Source: a virus (lineage: Duplodnaviria > Heunggongvirae > Uroviricota > Caudoviricetes). From it: DNA of 24,046 nucleotides. This document shows positions 17,595 through 24,046 of this stretch, piece after piece. Position 1 is the first letter of the stretch; every line of letters starts with the position of its first letter. Made by a program: the position numbers and the translations under genes. Location: positions 1 through 24,046 of IMG/VR virus record IMGVR_UViG_2617270979_000003; one strand, given 5' to 3'. The notes under the pieces were generated by a model. That model worked only from the letters and a program-made list of their open reading frames with translations. It was not told where the DNA came from and did not search any database.

Positions 17595-17642
17595 GGCGGC
17601 ATCAGTTTTTTTCTTGAAGTTCGGCTGATGTCCGCCCTTTTT
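17595..17642 (+). terminator. Candidate plus-strand terminator-like hairpin upstream of kilR
   Basis: GGCGGCATCAG ... CTGATG(T)CCGCC: 11 bp with a 1-nt bulge and a 19-nt loop, followed by CTTTTTAAAG. Confidence 0.3.
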
Positions 17643-17817
17643 AAAGTGAATTTTGTGATGCGGTGAATGCGGCTAAGCGCACGTGGCACAGTTAAAAGTC
17701 ATGTTAGTCCTTATTGGTTTGGGTGGGAAAGCCGACTGTAATTGTTAACTGGTTGCAGTCACCTGGAGGCACCAGACACCGCATCAACAAAGTTCATTTG
17801 TAAAAATGGAGATAATT

Positions 17818-18039
17818 ATGATTGCACATCACTTCGGAACTGATGAAATACCACGTCAGTGTGTGACTCCTGGCGATTATGTTCTTCATGAAGGCCGGAC
17901 ATATATTGCCTCGGCAAACAATATTAAAAAGCGAAAACTATATATTCGTAACCTGACCACAAAAACATTCATTACTGACCGCATGATTAAAGTCTTCCTC
18001 GGTCGTGATGGTTTACCTGTAAAGGCGGAGTCATGGTGA
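17818..18039 (+). CDS. kilR: KilR, FtsZ-inhibiting killing protein
   Basis: 73-aa product [73 protein letters not shown] matches Rac KilR as I recall it. Confidence 0.85.
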
Positions 18040-18209
18040 TGACTAAGAAAATAAAATGTGCTTACCACCTTTGCAAAAAAGACGTTGAAGAAAGCAAAGC
18101 TATTGAAAGAATGCTTCACTTCATGCACGGGATTTTATCAAAAGACGAACCGAGAAAATATTGCAGTGAAGCTTGTACCGAAAAAGACCAGATGGCACAT
18201 GAACTTTAA
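18039..18209 (+). CDS. ydaE: YdaE-like small Cys-rich protein (56 aa)
   Basis: Hand translation [56 protein letters not shown]; start overlaps the kilR stop (TGATG). Confidence 0.7.
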   Translation: MTKKIKCAYHLCKKDVEESKAIERMLHFMHGILSKDEPRKYCSEACTEKDQMAHEL

Positions 18210-18283
18210 TTAATTGACTATTCGAAACTGAATTTATGCCAGAAATGGCAGGTATTCGCTCAACCTTAATTAAGGAGAAAAAC

Positions 18284-18559
18284 ATGATTACCAATTATGA
18301 AGCCACTGTTGTAACTACCGATGACATTGTTCACGAGGTGAATCTGGAAGGAAAGCGCATTGGCTACGTAATTAAAACAGAAAATAAAGAAACCCCATTC
18401 ACTGTGGTTGATATCGATGGTCCATCAGGCAACGTAAAAACACTTGATGAAGGTGTCAAAAAAATGTGCCTGGTGCATATCGGAAAGAATCTGCCCGCAG
18501 AAAAAAAAGCCGAATTTCTGGCAACTCTAATTGCAATGAAATTAAAAGGTGAAATCTGA
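18284..18559 (+). CDS. racC: RacC
   Basis: 91-aa product from MITNYEATVV... with AAGGAG upstream; position between ydaE and recE. Confidence 0.75.
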   Translation: MITNYEATVVTTDDIVHEVNLEGKRIGYVIKTENKETPFTVVDIDGPSGNVKTLDEGVKKMCLVHIGKNLPAEKKAEFLATLIAMKLKGEI

Positions 18560-18564
18560 AAGAA

Positions 18565-18589
18565 ATAGCCTGCGTATGGCGCAGGCTAT
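18565..18589. other. Perfect 10-bp stem hairpin (ATAGCCTGCG-TATGG-CGCAGGCTAT) between racC and recE
   Basis: Read directly; no U-tract on the plus strand. Confidence 0.6.
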
Positions 18590-18660
18590 GAACAGTGTGT
18601 ATCCGGCAAGATCATTCACTGAACAAAACGAATTTTAATCTGAGTTGAGGTTAAAAAACA

Positions 18661-21261
18661 ATGAGCACAAAACCACTCTTCCTGTTACGGAAAGCGAAAA
18701 AATCATCCGGTGAACCTGACGTCGTCCTGTGGGCAAGCAACGATTTTGAATCGACCTGTGCCACTCTGGACTACCTGATCGTTAAGTCAGGTAAAAAACT
18801 GAGCAGCTATTTTAAAGCTGTTGCCACGAATTTTCCTGTCGTTAATGACCTGCCCGCTGAAGGTGAGATCGATTTTACCTGGAGTGAACGCTATCAACTC
18901 AGCAAAGACTCCATGACATGGGAACTAAAACCGGGAGCAGCACCAGACAACGCTCACTATCAAGGCAATACCAACGTCAACGGCGAAGACATGACTGAGA
19001 TTGAGGAGAATATGCTACTCCCAATTTCTGGCCAGGAACTGCCCATTCGTTGGCTTGCTCAACACGGCAGCGAAAAACCGGTAACGCACGTTTCACGCGA
19101 CGGACTCCAGGCATTACACATTGCTCGGGCTGAAGAACTACCGGCTGTTACTGCCCTGGCTGTTTCCCACAAAACCAGCCTGCTCGACCCGCTGGAAATT
19201 CGCGAACTCCACAAACTGGTTCGTGACACTGACAAAGTTTTCCCTAATCCTGGTAATTCAAACCTGGGACTGATAACTGCTTTTTTCGAAGCATACCTGA
19301 ACGCTGACTACACCGATCGAGGACTGCTGACAAAAGAGTGGGTGAAGGGTAATCGTGTTTCACACATCACTCGCACGGCTTCCGGTGCTAATGCTGGCGG
19401 CGGAAACCTCACCGATCGCGGCGAAGGTTTCGTACACGATCTGACGTCACTGGCGCGCGACGTAGCCACTGGCGTACTGGCCCGTTCAATGGATCTGGAC
19501 ATCTATAACCTTCATCCGGCACACGCTAAACGCATTGAGGAAATTATCGCTGAAAATAAACCGCCCTTTTCTGTTTTCCGCGACAAATTCATCACCATGC
19601 CTGGCGGGCTGGATTATTCCCGCGCCATCGTGGTTGCGTCCGTAAAAGAAGCACCAATTGGGATCGAGGTCATCCCCGCGCACGTCACTGAATATCTGAA
19701 CAAAGTACTGACTGAAACCGATCATGCCAACCCTGATCCGGAAATCGTGGATATTGCCTGCGGTCGCTCCTCTGCCCCGATGCCGCAGCGAGTAACAGAA
19801 GAAGGAAAACAGGATGATGAAGAAAAACCGCAACCATCTGGAACAACGGCATTTGAACAGGGAGAGGCTGAAACAATGGAACCGGACGCAACTGAACATC
19901 ATCAGGACACGCAGCCGCTGGATGCTCAGTCACAGGTAAATTCTGTTGATGCGAAATATCAGGAACTGCGGGCAGAACTCCATGAAGCCCGGAAAAACAT
20001 TCCATCAAAAAATCCTGTCGATGCCGATAAATTGCTTGCTGCATCACGTGGTGAATTTGTTGACGGAATTAGCGACCCGAACGATCCGAAATGGGTAAAG
20101 GGGATCCAGACTCGCGATTGTGTGTACCAGAACCAGCCAGAAACGGAAAAAACCAGCCCGGATATGAATCAACCTGAGCCAGTAGTGCAACAGGAACCGG
20201 AAATAGCCTGCAATGCCTGCGGCCAGACTGGCGGGGATAACTGCCCTGACTGTGGTGCGGTGATGGGCGACGCAACATACCAGGAAACATTCGATGAAGA
20301 GAGTCAGGTTGAAGCTAAGGAAAATGATCCGGAGGAAATGGAAGGCGCTGAACATCCGCACAATGAGAATGCTGGCAGCGATCCGCATCGCGATTGCAGT
20401 GATGAAACTGGCGAAGTCGCAGATCCCGTAATCGTAGAAGACATAGAGCCAGGTATTTATTACGGAATTTCGAATGAGAATTACCACGCGGGTCCCGGTG
20501 TCAGTAAGTCTCAGCTCGATGACATTGCTGATACTCCGGCACTGTATTTGTGGCGTAAAAATGCCCCCGTGGACACCACAAAGACAAAAACGCTCGATTT
20601 AGGAACCGCTTTCCACTGCCGGGTACTTGAGCCGGAAGAATTCAGTAACCGCTTTATCGTAGCACCTGAATTTAACCGCCGGACAAACTCCGGAAAAGAA
20701 GAAGAGAAAGCGTTTCTGAGGGAATGCGCAAGCACAGGAAAAACGGTTATCACTGCCGAAGAAGGCCGGAAAATTGAACTCATGTATCAGAGCGTTATGG
20801 CTTTGCCGCTGGGGCAATGGCTTGTTGAAAGCGCCGGACACGCTGAATCATCAATTTACTGGGAAGATCCTGAAACAGCAATTTTGTGTCGGTGCCGTCC
20901 GGACAAAATTATCCCTGAATTTCACTGGATCATGGACGTGAAAACTACGGCGGATATTCAACGATTCAAAACCGCTTATTACGACTACCGCTATCACGTT
21001 CAGGATGCATTCTACAGTGACGGTTATGAAGCACAGTTTGGAGTGCAGCCAACTTTCGTTTTTCTGGTTGCCAGCACAACTATTGAATGCGGACGTTATC
21101 CGGTTGAAATTTTCATGATGGGCGAAGAAGCAAAACTGGCAGGTCAGCTGGAATATCACCGCAATCTGCGAACCCTGGCTGACTGCCTCAATACCGATGA
21201 ATGGCCAGCTATTAAGACGTTATCACTGCCCCGCTGGGCTAAGGAATATGCAAATGACTAA
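18661..21261 (+). CDS. recE: Exodeoxyribonuclease VIII (RecE)
   Basis: 866-aa ORF with an acidic, low-complexity middle region and a C-terminal nuclease domain; overlaps the recT start; length matches RecE. Confidence 0.9.
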   Translation: MSTKPLFLLRKAKKSSGEPDVVLWASNDFESTCATLDYLIVKSGKKLSSYFKAVATNFPVVNDLPAEGEIDFTWSERYQLSKDSMTWELKPGAAPDNAHYQGNTNVNGEDMTEIEENMLLPISGQELPIRWLAQHGSEKPVTHVSRDGLQALHIARAEELPAVTALAVSHKTSLLDPLEIRELHKLVRDTDKVFPNPGNSNLGLITAFFEAYLNADYTDRGLLTKEWVKGNRVSHITRTASGANAGGGNLTDRGEGFVHDLTSLARDVATGVLARSMDLDIYNLHPAHAKRIEEIIAENKPPFSVFRDKFITMPGGLDYSRAIVVASVKEAPIGIEVIPAHVTEYLNKVLTETDHANPDPEIVDIACGRSSAPMPQRVTEEGKQDDEEKPQPSGTTAFEQGEAETMEPDATEHHQDTQPLDAQSQVNSVDAKYQELRAELHEARKNIPSKNPVDADKLLAASRGEFVDGISDPNDPKWVKGIQTRDCVYQNQPETEKTSPDMNQPEPVVQQEPEIACNACGQTGGDNCPDCGAVMGDATYQETFDEESQVEAKENDPEEMEGAEHPHNENAGSDPHRDCSDETGEVADPVIVEDIEPGIYYGISNENYHAGPGVSKSQLDDIADTPALYLWRKNAPVDTTKTKTLDLGTAFHCRVLEPEEFSNRFIVAPEFNRRTNSGKEEEKAFLRECASTGKTVITAEEGRKIELMYQSVMALPLGQWLVESAGHAESSIYWEDPETAILCRCRPDKIIPEFHWIMDVKTTADIQRFKTAYYDYRYHVQDAFYSDGYEAQFGVQPTFVFLVASTTIECGRYPVEIFMMGEEAKLAGQLEYHRNLRTLADCLNTDEWPAIKTLSLPRWAKEYAND

Positions 21262-22063
21262 GCAACCACCAATCGCAAAAGCCGATCTGCAAAAAACTCA
21301 GGGAAACCGTGCACCAGCAGCAATTAAAAATAACGACGTGATTAGTTTTATTAACCAGCCATCAATGAAAGAGCAACTGGCAGCAGCTCTTCCACGCCAT
21401 ATGACGGCTGAACGTATGATCCGTATCGCCACCACAGAAATTCGTAAAGTTCCGGCGTTAGGAAACTGTGACACTATGAGTTTTGTCAGTGCAATCGTAC
21501 AGTGTTCACAGCTCGGACTTGAGCCCGGTAGCGCCCTCGGTCATGCATATTTACTGCCTTTTGGTAATAAAAACGAAAAGAGCGGTAAAAAAAACGTTCA
21601 GCTAATCATTGGCTATCGCGGCATGATTGATCTGGCTCGCCGTTCAGGTCAAATCGCCAGCTTGTCAGCCCGTGTTGTCCGTGAAGGTGACGAGTTTAAT
21701 TTCGAATTTGGCCTTGATGAAAAGTTAATACACCGCCCAGGAGAAAACGAAGATGCCCCTGTTACCCACGTCTATGCTGTCGCAAGACTGAAAGACGGAG
21801 GTACTCAGTTTGAAGTTATGACGCGCAAACAGATTGAGCTGGTGCGCAGCCAGAGTAAAGCTGGTAATAACGGGCCGTGGGTAACTCACTGGGAAGAAAT
21901 GGCAAAGAAAACGGCTATTCGTCGCCTGTTCAAATATCTGCCCGTATCAATTGAGATCCAGCGTGCAGTATCAATGGATGAAAAGGAACCACTGACAATC
22001 GATCCTGCAGATTCCTCTGTATTAACCGGGGAATACAGTGTAATCGATAATTCAGAGGAATAA
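21254..22063 (+). CDS. recT: Single-strand annealing protein RecT
   Basis: 269-aa product from [25 protein letters not shown]...; ATG lies 8 nt inside the 3' end of recE. Confidence 0.9.
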   Translation: MTKQPPIAKADLQKTQGNRAPAAIKNNDVISFINQPSMKEQLAAALPRHMTAERMIRIATTEIRKVPALGNCDTMSFVSAIVQCSQLGLEPGSALGHAYLLPFGNKNEKSGKKNVQLIIGYRGMIDLARRSGQIASLSARVVREGDEFNFEFGLDEKLIHRPGENEDAPVTHVYAVARLKDGGTQFEVMTRKQIELVRSQSKAGNNGPWVTHWEEMAKKTAIRRLFKYLPVSIEIQRAVSMDEKEPLTIDPADSSVLTGEYSVIDNSEE

Positions 22064-22118
22064 TTCAGCCTGGCGGTGTAATGCACCGCCAACTTGAAAT
22101 ATTTTTATGAGAAAAATT

Positions 22119-22268
22119 ATGAGATATGACAATGTTAAACCATGTCCATTTTGTGGTTGTCCATCAGTAACGGTGAAAGCCATTTCAGGATATTACCGAG
22201 CGAAGTGTAACGGATGCGAATCCCGAACCGGTTATGGTGGAAGTGAAAAAGAAGCACTCGAACGATGA
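22119..22268 (+). CDS. ralR: RalR/Lar-like Cys4 toxin / restriction-alleviation protein, ending at an in-frame TGA after 49 codons
   Basis: MRYDNVKPCPFCGCPSVTVKAISGYYRAKCNGCESRTGYGGSEKEALER then TGA; reading through the TGA gives 14 more codons to a TAA at 22311..22313, i.e. exactly the 64 aa I recall for Lar/RalR. Confidence 0.65.
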   Translation: MRYDNVKPCPFCGCPSVTVKAISGYYRAKCNGCESRTGYGGSEKEALER

Positions 22269-22305
22269 AATAAACGAACCACTGGAAATAATAATGGAGG
22301 TGTTC

Positions 22306-22494
22306 ATGTATAAAATTACCGCCACTATTGAAAAGGAAGGTGGCACTCCTACTAACTGGACAAGATATTCAAAATCTAAACTAACGAAATCAGAATGCGA
22401 AAAAATGCTCTCAGGTAAAAAAGAAGCAGGCGTTTCCAGAGAGCAGAAAGTAAAACTGATAAATTTTAATTGCGAGAAACTTCAGTCCTCGTGA
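22306..22494 (+). CDS. ydaC: YdaC-like small protein
   Basis: ORF MYKITATIEKEGGTPTNWTRYSKSKLTKSECEKMLSGKKEAGVSREQKVKLINFNCEKLQSS with GGAGG 5 nt upstream of this ATG; alternative in-frame ATG at 22294. Confidence 0.55.
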   Translation: MYKITATIEKEGGTPTNWTRYSKSKLTKSECEKMLSGKKEAGVSREQKVKLINFNCEKLQSS

Positions 22495-22593
22495 ATTGCA
22501 TTGTATTCAAATTAAAACTTCATAGCTGATTATTAATAATCAACATCGGGCGTCAATTTAAGTCTAACATTGGCGCCTGCCAGAGGTGATGCG

Positions 22594-22809
22594 ATGGCAC
22601 AAGTAATCTTTAATGAAGAGTGGATGGTTGAATACGGCCTGATGCTTCGCACTAGTCTGGGGGCCAGACAAATTGAAGCATACCGCCAGAACTGTTGGGT
22701 GGAAGGCTTCCACTTCAAACGAGTATCTCCTTTAGGGAAGCCAGACAGTAAGCGAGGGATTATCTGGTATAACTATCCAAAGATAAATCAGTTTATCAAA
22801 GACTCATGA
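22594..22809 (+). CDS. xisR: Excisionase-like protein (XisR/YdaQ)
   Basis: 71-aa product [44 protein letters not shown]... immediately upstream of the integrase, stop 1 nt before the int start. Confidence 0.75.
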   Translation: MAQVIFNEEWMVEYGLMLRTSLGARQIEAYRQNCWVEGFHFKRVSPLGKPDSKRGIIWYNYPKINQFIKDS

Positions 22810-22810
22810 T

Positions 22811-24046
22811 ATGTCTAAATTACCAACAGGTGTCGAGATTCGAGGTAAATACATTCGCATCTGGTTCATGTTTCGAGGAAAACGATGTCGGGAAACATTG
22901 AAAGACTGGGAGGTTACTAACAGTAACATTAAAAAAGCCGGGAATTTAAGAGCGTTGATAGTTCATGAAATCAATTCCGGTGAGTTTGAGTATTTAAGAC
23001 GTTTTCCCCAGTCCAGCACTGGGGCAAAAATGGTGACAACGAGGGTCATAAAAACGTTCGGGGAGCTTTGTGATATCTGGACAAAAATTAAAGAAACAGA
23101 GTTAACAACAAACACAATGAAGAAAACGAAATCACAATTAAAAACACTCAGGATAATAATTTGTGAGAGTACTCCGATATCGCATATTCGTTATAGCGAT
23201 ATCTTAAACTACCGGAATGAACTGCTGCATGGAGAAACGCTTTACCTGGATAATCCAAGATCCAACAAAAAAGGAAGAACCGTGCGCACAGTTGATAACT
23301 ATATCGCCCTGCTCTGTTCGTTGTTACGTTTTGCGTATCAGTCGGGATTTATATCAACCAAACCATTTGAAGGAGTAAAGAAATTACAGAGAAACAGAAT
23401 AAAGCCTGACCCGTTATCTAAAACAGAATTCAATGCATTAATGGAAAGTGAAAAAGGACAGAGCCAGAACTTGTGGAAATTTGCCGTATACTCCGGGCTT
23501 CGTCACGGGGAACTGGCTGCTCTGGCGTGGGAGGATGTGGATTTCGAGAAGGGAGTTGTGAATGTCAGAAGAAACCTGACGATACTGGATATGTTCGGTC
23601 CCCCAAAAACAAATGCGGGGATCCGGACGGTAACACTACTGCAGCCTGCTCTTGAAGCACTGAAGGAGCAATACAAACTGACCGGGCATCATCGCAAAAG
23701 CGAAATCACCTTTTATCATCGGGAGTACGGCAGAACCGAAAAGCAAAAACTGCATTTTGTTTTCATGCCCAGGGTGTGTAACGGAAAACAAAAACCTTAT
23801 TACTCGGTAAGCAGTTTGGGGGCAAGGTGGAATGCAGCAGTAAAACGTGCTGGTATTCGCCGCCGTAATCCGTACCATACGCGGCATACTTTTGCCTGCT
23901 GGCTGTTGACGGCAGGAGCGAACCCGGCATTTATAGCCAGCCAAATGGGGCATGAAACTGCGCAGATGGTGTATGAAATTTACGGTATGTGGATTGATGA
24001 CATGAACGACGAACAGGTAGCCATGTTGAATGCGCGGTTATCATAG
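22811..24046 (+). CDS. intR: Tyrosine-family site-specific integrase
   Basis: 411-aa ORF with catalytic-domain signatures (GLRHGEL, HTRHTFA, C-terminal Tyr region EIYGMWI); ends at the window edge. Confidence 0.9.
   Translation: MSKLPTGVEIRGKYIRIWFMFRGKRCRETLKDWEVTNSNIKKAGNLRALIVHEINSGEFEYLRRFPQSSTGAKMVTTRVIKTFGELCDIWTKIKETELTTNTMKKTKSQLKTLRIIICESTPISHIRYSDILNYRNELLHGETLYLDNPRSNKKGRTVRTVDNYIALLCSLLRFAYQSGFISTKPFEGVKKLQRNRIKPDPLSKTEFNALMESEKGQSQNLWKFAVYSGLRHGELAALAWEDVDFEKGVVNVRRNLTILDMFGPPKTNAGIRTVTLLQPALEALKEQYKLTGHHRKSEITFYHREYGRTEKQKLHFVFMPRVCNGKQKPYYSVSSLGARWNAAVKRAGIRRRNPYHTRHTFACWLLTAGANPAFIASQMGHETAQMVYEIYGMWIDDMNDEQVAMLNARLS

Larger units (their letters stand above)
1..24046. mobile_element. 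Internal segment of a Rac-like lambdoid prophage (att sites outside window)
   Basis: Contiguous phage modules in lambdoid order: tail fibre/invertase, lysis, Q, nin, replication, immunity, kil, recET, xis, int. Protein lengths match what I recall for Rac (RacR 158 aa, YdaS 98, YdaT 140, SieB 162, KilR 73, RecE 866, RecT 269, IntR 411). Confidence 0.85.

Noticed and set aside
17411-17689. 92-aa minus-strand ORF between sieB and kilR
   Set aside because: Overlaps the sieB start region and the hairpin at 17595..17642, has no SD and a low-complexity product; probably non-coding regulatory DNA.
18661-21261. Eight minus-strand ORFs of 64-147 aa inside recE (e.g. 19486..19902, 20044..20487, 20851..21159)
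   Set aside because: All lie antisense within a long, well-supported coding region, have odd composition and no start context; typical shadow ORFs of a high-G+C gene.
1-24046. CRISPR arrays, tRNA/rRNA genes, IS elements or transposase genes
   Set aside because: No direct-repeat/spacer periodicity, no cloverleaf-like conserved tRNA ends and no transposase-like ORF were seen on reading both strands; a tRNA scan would be needed to fully exclude small RNAs.

Overview
This window is an almost complete internal stretch of a Rac-like lambdoid prophage (Escherichia/Shigella-type), with the integrase at the right edge and neither attachment site inside the window. Left to right: Pin-family DNA invertase, tail-fibre assembly gene and a mosaic, probably 5'-degraded side tail fibre gene; the low-G+C cargo gene trkG; a complete phage-21-type lysis cassette (Rz/Rz1, SAR endolysin, pinholin); two tandem lipoproteins with a TolA C-terminal (domain III)-like domain in the Q-to-S moron slot; late terminators and a Q-like antiterminator; nin-region genes; a hok/mok/sok type I toxin locus (below the ORF-track size cutoff); an A+T-rich, antisense-oriented two-gene cassette (310-aa soluble protein + 184-aa four-helix membrane protein) that I cannot assign to any family and rate as the best candidate for an undescribed exclusion/defence module; a YdaU-like replication region; the RacR-YdaS-YdaT immunity switch flanked by inverted operator/promoter elements; then ydaG, ydaF, sieB, kilR, ydaE, racC, recE, recT, a ralR/lar gene interrupted by an in-frame TGA, ydaC, xisR and intR. 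No rRNA, tRNA, CRISPR array or IS element was seen. All calls rest on reading the translated ORFs and on recalled family signatures; no database search or computation was possible, so homology statements are from memory and coordinates of small features are hand-counted.
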